Below are positions 51,124 to 60,104 of a stretch of 64,000 nt of DNA, piece after piece. The stretch is from the NCBI GenBank assembly GCA_050177605.1, contig JBFXGX010000002.1, positions 88,114 through 152,113 on the forward strand, read 5' to 3'. Made by a program: the position numbers and the translations under genes. This stretch comes from Candidatus Izemoplasmatales bacterium. Lineage in GTDB: Bacteria > Bacillota_I > Bacilli_A > Izemoplasmatales > Hujiaoplasmataceae. Within the stretch, counting starts at the first letter, position 1. Every line of letters starts with the position of its first letter. The notes under the pieces are model-generated. The model did not search any database. It saw nothing but the letters and a program-made list of their open reading frames with translations, and was not told the DNA's origin.

Positions 51124-51660
51124 ATGAAGCTTGACGTACGAGGAAAAAATGGTTTTGAAATTACTGATTCAATTAGAAATTACTTCGAAAAGAAACTACA
51201 CAAAATTGACAAAGTTTTTTCAGAAGAACTCGAAGCATTTGTAGTCTGTAAAGTATTTAAAGATTTAACGAAAGTTGAAATCACGATTCCAATCAAATTC
51301 ATCACTATTCGAGCTGAAGTAGAAGACAAGGATTTATACGCAGCGATTGACCGTGCCGTTGACAAACTAGAAGCTCAAATTCGTAAGAACAAACACAAAA
51401 TGAATCGTAGTTTACAAGAAAAGACTGGAATCAAAGATGCATTTACAATGGATGACCTTAATATTCAAGAATTAGAAAGAGAATTAATTAGCCCAGTAAA
51501 GAAAAAAAGAATTAAACTTGATATTTTATCTCTGGATGAAGCTATTACGCAAATGGAGTTATTAGGACATGATTTCTTTATTTACAGAAATGAAGATAAA
51601 GAAGTTAGCGTGCTTTATTTAAGAGATGATGGAAAATATGGCCTAATAGAAACAGAGTAA
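51124..51660 (+). CDS. hpf: Long ribosome hibernation promoting factor
   Basis: VRGKN, DLYAAIDRAVDKLEAQIRK, EAITQMELLGHDFF, DGKYGLIE. Confidence 0.93.
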   Translation: MKLDVRGKNGFEITDSIRNYFEKKLHKIDKVFSEELEAFVVCKVFKDLTKVEITIPIKFITIRAEVEDKDLYAAIDRAVDKLEAQIRKNKHKMNRSLQEKTGIKDAFTMDDLNIQELERELISPVKKKRIKLDILSLDEAITQMELLGHDFFIYRNEDKEVSVLYLRDDGKYGLIETE

Positions 51661-51664
51661 TATG

Positions 51665-51691
51665 AAGTGACCTAAAGGTCACTTTTTTTTT
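51665..51691 (+). terminator. Terminator after hpf
   Basis: AAGTGACC-taaa-GGTCACTT followed by a T-tract. Confidence 0.88.
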
Positions 51692-51765
51692 GACCACTCT
51701 ATAAATAGTTTGGCAAAAGACTTTAATTTATGGTATCATTATATTGAAACGAATGAGGTGGAAAG

Positions 51766-54252
51766 ATGTTAAAATTTTTAGATCCAAATAAGAAAACATT
51801 AAAAAAATTAGAGAAGAAAGCTGACAAAGTTTTAGCCTTAGAAAATGAGTATAAATTGCTCTCTGATGAAGAAATTACGGCTAAAGTAGTCACCTTTCGC
51901 GAAAGATATCAAAATGGTGAAACCCTTGATGATTTGCTTGTAGAAGCATTCGCAACAGTGAGGGAAGCGTCCACAAGACTCACTGGAATGACACCATTCA
52001 AAGTGCAAGTAATGGGTGGAATCGCCATTCATGAAGGTAACATTGCAGAAATGAAAACCGGTGAAGGTAAAACCTTAACCGCTGTTATGCCTGCTTATTT
52101 AAATGCCATTCCTGGTGATGGTGTTCATATCGTGACAGTCAACGAATACTTGGCTGGACGTGAAGCCAACGGAGAAATCGGAAATTTATTCCGCTTTTTA
52201 GGTTTAACTGTCGGACTCAATGTTCGTGAATTAAGTGCAGAAGAAAAAAGAGATGTTTATTCTTCTGACATTTTATATTCGACAAACAATGAACTTGGAT
52301 TTGACTATTTAAGAGACCACATGGTTATTTACAAGGAACAAGTAGTTCAACGTCCTCTTAATTTTGCCATTATCGATGAAGTTGACTCCATTTTAATTGA
52401 TGAGGCTAGAACACCTTTAATTATTTCTGGTGGTGAACGAAATACCGCAGATTTATATCAATCAGCGAATTACTTTGTGATTCGTTTAAAAGAGGAAGAA
52501 GATTATACCTTAGACATTAAAGACAAAGCTATTTCTCTAACAGAACAAGGAATTCATAAGGCTGAGGATGCTTTCAATTTAGAAAACTTATATGATGTAT
52601 CAAACGTAACACTTTTACATCATATCAATAATGCATTAAGAGCGAACTATATTATGGCTCGTGATGTGGATTATGTAGTACAAGACGGTAAAGTCATTAT
52701 CGTTGACTCGTTTACTGGACGTTTGATGCATGGACGTCAATTTTCTGAAGGATTGCATCAAGCACTAGAAGCAAAAGAAGCGGTTGAAATCAAAAAAGAA
52801 ACGACGACCATGGCGACAATTACTTTCCAAAACTTCTTTAGAATGTACAAGAAGTTATCGGGTATGACTGGTACTGCCAAAACGGAAGAAGAAGAATTTA
52901 CGAATATTTATAATATGTACGTTGTCGAAATTCCTACAAACAAACCAGTGGTACGGTTAGATGATAATGATTTAATCTTCGCAACGATGGAAGCAAAATA
53001 CAAAGCGTTAGCTGAAGAAATAACCAGACGTCATCAACTTGGTCAACCAATTCTAGTGGGTACAATCTCAATCGAAAGTTCAGAGTTATTATCGTCCCTT
53101 CTTAAACGTAAAGGTGTGAAACATAATGTTCTTAATGCTAAGCAACATGAGCGTGAAGCTGAGATCGTATTAAATGCAGGGTTAAAGGGTGCCGTTACTA
53201 TTGCGACTAATATGGCTGGTCGTGGTACCGATATTAAACTTGGTGAAGGTGTGAAGGAATTAGGCGGTTTAGCTGTCATTGGTACCGAACGTCATGAATC
53301 AAGACGTATTGACAACCAATTACGTGGTCGTAGTGGTCGTCAAGGTGACCCTGGGTATTCAAGATTCTATTTATCAGCGGACGATGATTTGTTAAAACGT
53401 TTTGGTGGCGATCGATTTAAGAGAATGATTACAATGATTACTACAACCAAAGGTTCCGATACAGAAGAACCACTTGATTATGGTATGTTTTCTAAACTTG
53501 TAGCGAGAGCACAGAACCAAATTGAAGGAAACAACTTTGACCGTCGTAAAACAGTTTTACAATATGATGAAGTTTTACGTAAACAACGTGAGATTATCTA
53601 TAAACAAAGAACCGATGTTTTATATCATGAATCCATCGAAGATTCAGTTATTCAAATGATTGAAGCATCACTTTCACGTGTGATTACTGCTAATTTGGAC
53701 GACCGTGAGGAAATGTATAAATTACTCAATCGTTTCTTCGCAAAAGATGTTATTGACAAAGATATCGTTTTAAATAAAGAAAATAATGTTCTTGAGTATG
53801 CACTTGATACTTACCATAAAGATGCAGCAATGAAGAAAGAATTGGCAACTGAAAAAGTATACAATGATTTCTTAAAGGCAATTACACTTCGCGTTGTGGA
53901 TACGTATTGGGTCCAACACATCGATGCAATGAGCGAATTAAGACAAGCGGTTACGCTTCAAAGTTATGGACAAATTAATCCGTTTAGAGAATACCAAGAA
54001 CTTGGATTCCAAATGTTTGAAACGATGGTTCATAATATTCAAGATGACACTACTAAATATGTATTAAAAGCACAAGTGCGTCAAAATACGGAACGTGTTC
54101 AAGTAGCGAAACCGATATCAACATATTCGGGTAAAGAGGATGACACAAGAAAGAAGCAACCAAAGAAAGTCACTCAAAAAGTTGGTAGAAATGATCCATG
54201 TCCTTGTGGAAGTGGAAAAAAATACAAGTATTGTCATGGACAAAACGAATAG
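51766..54252 (+). CDS. secA: Preprotein translocase SecA
   Basis: [34 protein letters not shown]-terminal [18 protein letters not shown]. Confidence 0.97.
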   Translation: MLKFLDPNKKTLKKLEKKADKVLALENEYKLLSDEEITAKVVTFRERYQNGETLDDLLVEAFATVREASTRLTGMTPFKVQVMGGIAIHEGNIAEMKTGEGKTLTAVMPAYLNAIPGDGVHIVTVNEYLAGREANGEIGNLFRFLGLTVGLNVRELSAEEKRDVYSSDILYSTNNELGFDYLRDHMVIYKEQVVQRPLNFAIIDEVDSILIDEARTPLIISGGERNTADLYQSANYFVIRLKEEEDYTLDIKDKAISLTEQGIHKAEDAFNLENLYDVSNVTLLHHINNALRANYIMARDVDYVVQDGKVIIVDSFTGRLMHGRQFSEGLHQALEAKEAVEIKKETTTMATITFQNFFRMYKKLSGMTGTAKTEEEEFTNIYNMYVVEIPTNKPVVRLDDNDLIFATMEAKYKALAEEITRRHQLGQPILVGTISIESSELLSSLLKRKGVKHNVLNAKQHEREAEIVLNAGLKGAVTIATNMAGRGTDIKLGEGVKELGGLAVIGTERHESRRIDNQLRGRSGRQGDPGYSRFYLSADDDLLKRFGGDRFKRMITMITTTKGSDTEEPLDYGMFSKLVARAQNQIEGNNFDRRKTVLQYDEVLRKQREIIYKQRTDVLYHESIEDSVIQMIEASLSRVITANLDDREEMYKLLNRFFAKDVIDKDIVLNKENNVLEYALDTYHKDAAMKKELATEKVYNDFLKAITLRVVDTYWVQHIDAMSELRQAVTLQSYGQINPFREYQELGFQMFETMVHNIQDDTTKYVLKAQVRQNTERVQVAKPISTYSGKEDDTRKKQPKKVTQKVGRNDPCPCGSGKKYKYCHGQNE

Positions 54253-54261
54253 GTGAGATAG

Positions 54262-55353
54262 ATGACATATCTAGAATTAAAGACCATCTTGATTGAACTT
54301 CGATCCACTTTTGACACACTTCAAGAAACGTTTGATGAAGATAGTGTTAAAGCTGAACTTAGTAAATATCATGAACTCACTTTAGAGGCTCATTTTTGGC
54401 TCGACCAAAAATCAGCTCAAAAAGTGATTGCTGATCAAAAGGATGCTCAAACATTGTTAGATCAGTTTAATGAAATCAAGGATTTGCTAGAGAATATTGA
54501 ACTAGCATATGAACTTGCCAAAGTAGATGAACATTTCGATTTATCATCGACGGAAGAAGATATAGAAAAATATAAACACCTCACCGATGATCTTACCATC
54601 AAGATCCTTTTAAATAAGCCTTATGATAAGTTTAATGCTATCTTGGAGTTTCATCCAGGTGCTGGGGGAACTGAATCACAAGATTGGGCAGAAATGCTTT
54701 ATCGAATGTATTTAAGATATGCCGAATATCAAGGCTATAAAGTGACTGTACTGGATTATTTAGATGGCGATGAAGCTGGCTTAAAATCCGCAACGATTCT
54801 TATCAGTGGACCTTATGCCTATGGTTACTTGAAAGGCGAATCTGGGGTTCATAGATTAGTTCGAATCTCTCCATTTGATGCATCTGGAAGAAGACATACT
54901 AGTTTCGCTAGTGTTAGCGTTGTGCCTGAACTAGATGACTCGATTGATGTTGAAATTGATGATCAGGATTTAAAAATTGATACATATCGTTCTAGTGGGA
55001 ATGGGGGCCAAGGAGTGAATACAACTGACTCCGCAGTCAGAATCACCCATTTACCAACCAAAATCGTTGTGACATGTCAAAATCAACGTTCACAAATACA
55101 AAACCGCGAAACAGCTCTGCGTGTTTTGAAAGGTAAATTATATCAATTAGAACTAGAGAAAAAGCAAAAAGAATTGGATGCTTTTTCGACTACGAATGTC
55201 TCCAATGCTTTTGGCAGTCAAATCAGATCTTATGTTTTCCATCCGTACTCTATGGTGAAAGATCATCGAACAAACTATGAAACTGGAAATACTGAAAAAG
55301 TGATGAATGGAGATTTAGAAGGGTTTATACAAGCTTATTTATTAATGAAATAG
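54262..55353 (+). CDS. prfB: Peptide chain release factor 2 (uninterrupted ORF)
   Basis: SPF codon-recognition motif, GGQ, GAGGTESQDW; continuous frame from the ATG after AGGTG. Confidence 0.95.
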   Translation: MTYLELKTILIELRSTFDTLQETFDEDSVKAELSKYHELTLEAHFWLDQKSAQKVIADQKDAQTLLDQFNEIKDLLENIELAYELAKVDEHFDLSSTEEDIEKYKHLTDDLTIKILLNKPYDKFNAILEFHPGAGGTESQDWAEMLYRMYLRYAEYQGYKVTVLDYLDGDEAGLKSATILISGPYAYGYLKGESGVHRLVRISPFDASGRRHTSFASVSVVPELDDSIDVEIDDQDLKIDTYRSSGNGGQGVNTTDSAVRITHLPTKIVVTCQNQRSQIQNRETALRVLKGKLYQLELEKKQKELDAFSTTNVSNAFGSQIRSYVFHPYSMVKDHRTNYETGNTEKVMNGDLEGFIQAYLLMK

Positions 55354-55366
55354 GCAAAGGGGAGAA

Positions 55367-56305
55367 ATGAAAAAATTAGTATCTAAACAAACTTATATCA
55401 AAATAAAACAATATTTATTTCTTACATTTGGTGTCTTCTTAATGGCTGTTGCTTTCTATTTTTTCGTTATTCCTTCAGGTATTGTCGTAGGTGGTACAAC
55501 CGGTATATCGATGGTTATTTACAGGTACACCCAAGTATTACCAATTTCAATGTTAGCACTCATTTTAAATGGCATTTTATTAATAGCTGCCTTTTTATTT
55601 ATTGGAAAAAAGGAATTTGTTCGTAGTCTCTATGGATCTATTTTGTTTCCTATCTTCTTAGCAATTTTTGAAATTGCAATTCCATCGCCTACTTTTAGAG
55701 ATACTGATTTATTACTCGTCGCTCTCTATGCTGGAGGGTTGATAGGCATTGGATTTGCTATTGTAATTCATAATGGTGGTACCACAGGTGGAACGGATAT
55801 CATTATCCAAATTGTTCAAAAATATACTCGCTTAACGATTGGAACTGCAGTTTATGTAGTCGAATCAACAGTGATCTTGCTTGGTGTGATTACTTCTCCA
55901 AATGGCATCGAAAGCGGATTAATTACACTTCTGTATGCCGTCGCAATCACGTTCTTATCTGGAAAAGTGTCCGATTCATTCTTGCTAGGAATTGAACAAA
56001 AGAAAGCACTCAATATTGTTACTACGAAACCACAAGAATTAAAAAAAGCAGTATTTGCATCGTTTAGTAGAGGAATGACTGAAATTCCTTCCATTGGCGG
56101 TTATTCAGAAACCTCGAGAACGATACTAGTTATGGTGATTCATAATTCTGAGTACCATTTTGTCAAACGAATTATTCAAGATACGGATCCTAGTGCATTT
56201 GTCTATGTTACACCGGCTTCAGAAATTCAAGGTGAATGGTCAAGCCCAGATGAGGTGATTCTCGAAGATGTTCAAAGTACAAGAACTAAAAAAGCAAAAA
56301 AATAA
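55367..56305 (+). CDS. YitT-family membrane protein
   Basis: GGTTGIS, GGTTGGTDII, C-terminal RGMT...GGYS...DPSAFV...GEW. Confidence 0.88.
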   Translation: MKKLVSKQTYIKIKQYLFLTFGVFLMAVAFYFFVIPSGIVVGGTTGISMVIYRYTQVLPISMLALILNGILLIAAFLFIGKKEFVRSLYGSILFPIFLAIFEIAIPSPTFRDTDLLLVALYAGGLIGIGFAIVIHNGGTTGGTDIIIQIVQKYTRLTIGTAVYVVESTVILLGVITSPNGIESGLITLLYAVAITFLSGKVSDSFLLGIEQKKALNIVTTKPQELKKAVFASFSRGMTEIPSIGGYSETSRTILVMVIHNSEYHFVKRIIQDTDPSAFVYVTPASEIQGEWSSPDEVILEDVQSTRTKKAKK

Positions 56306-57074
56306 GACTTATACCGTCACATTTCTTATTGGAGATAACACTCAGTCTTTTGACGTTAGCGAAGACTTGGTGGTCGAATACCGTTTAATCAAAGATAAAG
56401 AATTAACCGATGAGATGTATCAGTCTTTTTTGCTTTCTGAATCTATTGATGTATATTTTCAATCGACCCTAAAATACGTGCTTAAATATCAAAAATCGGT
56501 GAAAGAGACCTACGAATACTTATTAAAAAAGGGGATTAGTGAAGATCTTATTGGTCATGTCCTCCAAAAATTAAAAAAATATAAAGTGTTAGATGATGAA
56601 CGTTTAATTGAATACTTATTTGATTATCAAGCAAATCAAATGTTATCTGGCCCAGAGAAAATTCGTTTTTTATTCACTCAAAAGGGATTTTCAGAACTGT
56701 TGATAGCAAATCAACTCAGTGGGTATACGAATCAAAAAATTGAAAGGAACTTAACGTCATTATTTAACAAAAGAATCAGCCATTATAAAAACAATTCAAC
56801 CAGACAAGCAAAAAACAAAATGATGACCTATCTTGTTTCTAAAGGATATGAACTAAAACAAGTACAAGCATTTGTCATTCATCATCAAGATGATATTAGT
56901 GCGTTGATTGATGAGTCAAAAGAATTAAAAAGAGAATATACAAAAGTCCTGGATAAATCCCGAAAGTTAGGGCTATCGAATGATGCATTAAAACAAAAAG
57001 TCATTCAGAAGCTTCTTTCAAAAGGGTTTCAATATCAAGATATTATCAAGATACTCGAAAGGAGCAACTCATGA
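56268..57074 (+). CDS. recX: RecX-family regulator
   Basis: Three-helix repeats ending KKG/QKGF/SKGY/SKGF; LDDER, GPEKI. Start position uncertain (overlaps yitT). Confidence 0.75.
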   Translation: MFKVQELKKQKNKTYTVTFLIGDNTQSFDVSEDLVVEYRLIKDKELTDEMYQSFLLSESIDVYFQSTLKYVLKYQKSVKETYEYLLKKGISEDLIGHVLQKLKKYKVLDDERLIEYLFDYQANQMLSGPEKIRFLFTQKGFSELLIANQLSGYTNQKIERNLTSLFNKRISHYKNNSTRQAKNKMMTYLVSKGYELKQVQAFVIHHQDDISALIDESKELKREYTKVLDKSRKLGLSNDALKQKVIQKLLSKGFQYQDIIKILERSNS

Positions 57075-58957
57075 AAAAAGGTGTCAGCGAAGCAGATCTA
57101 TATTTGTTTAATGAAGGCAAGTTAAAAGAAGCATACAGGCATTTTGGAGCGCATGTTGTTAAAGATGAATTAAACCAAATTATCGGTGTTAATTTCACTG
57201 TCTATGCCCCTCATGCAAGAATCGTATCGGTAGTTGGTGATTTTAATTCATGGGACTCTAGAAGTCATGTGATGACGAAAGTGGATGAAGCTGGTGTATT
57301 TTCGATTTACATCGAAGGACTCGGTGAATGGACGAGATATAAATACTGTATCGTCACAAGCTATGGCCAAACCATTTTTAAAGCAGATCCTTATGCTTAT
57401 TTCTCAGATGATCGACCTGAAACTAGTTCTAAAGTCTACGATCTAGATGGGTATTATTGGCATGATGAGAAATATCTTGAGACCCGAAAAAGTAAAAATT
57501 CAAAAGAAGAGAAACTATCGGTTTATGAAGTCCATTTAGGTTCTTGGATGACAAAGCCAAATGGTAGTTTTCATAAGTATAATGAATTAGTCAACTATTT
57601 AATCCCTTATATAAAAGCGCATGGATTTTCACATATTGAATTGATGCCGATTGTAGAACATCCACTCGATGAATCTTGGGGATATCAAGGGACAGGTTAT
57701 TACAGCGCAACATCGAGATATGGTGTTCCTAAAGACTTAATGTATTTTATTGATGAGTGTCATAAAGAAAATATCGGTGTGATTCTCGATTGGGTTCCAG
57801 GACACATTTGTAAAGATGCTCACGGATTATATATGTTTGATGGTGAGCCACTCTATGAGTATGAAGATTATAACATTCGTGAAAATATCGTTTGGGGAAC
57901 AGTTAACCTCGATTTAGGAAAAGGAGTAACGAAGAGTTTTTTGATTTCAAATGCTCTTTTTTGGATGAATTATTTCCATGTCGATGGATTTAGAATCGAT
58001 GCCGTCAGTAACATTCTATATTATCTTGGTAATTCAAGTATTGGAACGAATTATGGCGCGATTGAATTTCTAAAGAATTTATCTTACGCCATTAAAGAAC
58101 AAGACCATTCAGTATTGTTATTTGCGGAAGATTCGACCACTTATCCTAATCTCACTACAGGTGTTCTTGATGGTGGAATCGGATTTGATTATAAATGGAA
58201 TATGGGGTGGATGAATGATACACTTCGTTATTTCGAAAAAGATCCTATTTACCGAAAATATCATCATAACTTAATCACTTTCGGAATGGTTTACGCGTAC
58301 TCTGAGTCGTTTATTCTTCCGCTTTCTCATGATGAAGTAGTTCATGGGAAACATTCTCTTGTATCCAAAATGCCTGGGGATTACTGGCAAAAGTTTGCGA
58401 ATTACAGAGTCCTACTCGGACTTCAGTTTACTCACCCTGGAAAGAAACTACTATTTATGGGCGGAGAGTTTGCGCAAATGCATGAATGGAAAGATAAGGA
58501 TGAACTCGATTGGTTTTTACTAGAGTATCCAATGCATGAACGAGCAAATCGTTTTGTTAGAGACTTAATACAAGTCTATAACTATCACAAAGCCCTCTAT
58601 GAATTAGATCATCATCCTGATGGTTTCCGTTGGATTGAACAAACCAATGTAGATCAATCTATTTTCATTTTTTCTCGTCATGGCAAAAATGAGTTCGATT
58701 CTTGTGTCGTTGTTTTAAATATGACGCCGAATGCGTATGATCATTATCAAATAGGTGTTCCATATAAAGGAGCGTATGAAGAAGTACTCAATTCAGATAA
58801 AGATATCTATGGTGGCTCTAATATTTACAATGGAGCCAGCCTCTATTCTGTAGATGAGTCGATTCATTCCTTACCGCAATCAATTTGGATTAAAGTTGCA
58901 CCTTTATCCATCACCATATTCAAATATATAAACGAAAAAAATCTATTTAACGAATAG
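57071..58957 (+). CDS. glgB: 1,4-alpha-glucan branching enzyme
   Basis: YEVHLGSW, SWGYQ, GFRIDAV, AEDST, LSHDEVVHGK. Confidence 0.95.
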   Translation: MKKGVSEADLYLFNEGKLKEAYRHFGAHVVKDELNQIIGVNFTVYAPHARIVSVVGDFNSWDSRSHVMTKVDEAGVFSIYIEGLGEWTRYKYCIVTSYGQTIFKADPYAYFSDDRPETSSKVYDLDGYYWHDEKYLETRKSKNSKEEKLSVYEVHLGSWMTKPNGSFHKYNELVNYLIPYIKAHGFSHIELMPIVEHPLDESWGYQGTGYYSATSRYGVPKDLMYFIDECHKENIGVILDWVPGHICKDAHGLYMFDGEPLYEYEDYNIRENIVWGTVNLDLGKGVTKSFLISNALFWMNYFHVDGFRIDAVSNILYYLGNSSIGTNYGAIEFLKNLSYAIKEQDHSVLLFAEDSTTYPNLTTGVLDGGIGFDYKWNMGWMNDTLRYFEKDPIYRKYHHNLITFGMVYAYSESFILPLSHDEVVHGKHSLVSKMPGDYWQKFANYRVLLGLQFTHPGKKLLFMGGEFAQMHEWKDKDELDWFLLEYPMHERANRFVRDLIQVYNYHKALYELDHHPDGFRWIEQTNVDQSIFIFSRHGKNEFDSCVVVLNMTPNAYDHYQIGVPYKGAYEEVLNSDKDIYGGSNIYNGASLYSVDESIHSLPQSIWIKVAPLSITIFKYINEKNLFNE

Positions 58958-58967
58958 AGTTGAACGT

Positions 58968-60104
58968 ATGAAAAAAACAATCGTAGCGATGATTTTAGTG
59001 GGCGGTCAAGGCTCACGACTGAAAGAAATTACAAAAGACACAGCCAAACCAGCTGTGTCTTTTGGTGCGAAATATCGTTTGATTGATTTCACCTTAAGTA
59101 ACATTACAAATTCAGAAATTGATGTGGTTGGTCTCGTGACTCAATATGAGCCTTATGATTTGATGAATTACATTGGCTCTGGAGCATCATGGGATTTGGA
59201 TGTCAATGATGGTGGTGTTCACTTTTTAACGCCTTTTGCGCGAAATGGTGATGTCTTGTGGCAAAGAGGTACAGCGCATGCTGTAAAGCAATACTTTAAT
59301 TTCGTGAAAGAATATCAAGCTGATTATGTGCTGATTCTTTCAGGAGATCAAATCTATAAAATGGATTATCAAAAGTTATTAGAACATCATCTAAAACAAA
59401 AAGCAGAAGTCTCCATCGCTTGTACGAATGTTGAATTTAGTGAAGCATCGAGATTTGGTATTTTAGAAGTTGATGAACGTGGATTTGTGACTGGATTTGA
59501 AGAAAAACCGTCGCAGCCTAAATCAACACTTGCCTCTATGGGGCTTTATCTTTTCCAAGCCACTGCGCTTGAAAAACTGCTTCAGAATATCGAAGCTGAA
59601 GATGAATTCGATTTTGGTAAAAATATCATTCCTAAAAGTTTAAAGGAAGATTACGTTGTTACTGCGTACACTTTCAATGGCTATTGGAAAGATGTTGGAA
59701 CGATTGAGTCGTTATATCAAACCAATATGGATTTGCTTGATAATCCAGATTTTTTGACTTTGAATACATCGAAGAGTTTACCGATTTATTCAAAATCACT
59801 CAATCTACCTCCTCATATGGTTTTTCAAAATGGCAATATCAAGAAATCAATCATTGCGGATGGATGTCATATCGATGGAAATGTTTATCATAGTGTGATT
59901 GGATACGAATGTCGTCTAGCACGCAATAGTTTTGTTCGTGATGCCGTTTTACTGCCAAATGTAGAAGTAGGCGAAGGCGCAAGACTTCAAAATTGTATTG
60001 TGAATAAAGGCGTTCGTATTCCAAAAGGGTACTTTTTAGAGCCAGATCAAATAACTCTTGTCGACACATCAAACTTGCTGAAGGTAGGTGAGATTCGTGA
60101 ATAA
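58968..60104 (+). CDS. glgC: Glucose-1-phosphate adenylyltransferase, catalytic subunit
   Basis: GGQGSRL, AKPAV.FG.KYRLIDF, LSGD, FEEKP, YWKDVGT. Confidence 0.93.
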   Translation: MKKTIVAMILVGGQGSRLKEITKDTAKPAVSFGAKYRLIDFTLSNITNSEIDVVGLVTQYEPYDLMNYIGSGASWDLDVNDGGVHFLTPFARNGDVLWQRGTAHAVKQYFNFVKEYQADYVLILSGDQIYKMDYQKLLEHHLKQKAEVSIACTNVEFSEASRFGILEVDERGFVTGFEEKPSQPKSTLASMGLYLFQATALEKLLQNIEAEDEFDFGKNIIPKSLKEDYVVTAYTFNGYWKDVGTIESLYQTNMDLLDNPDFLTLNTSKSLPIYSKSLNLPPHMVFQNGNIKKSIIADGCHIDGNVYHSVIGYECRLARNSFVRDAVLLPNVEVGEGARLQNCIVNKGVRIPKGYFLEPDQITLVDTSNLLKVGEIRE

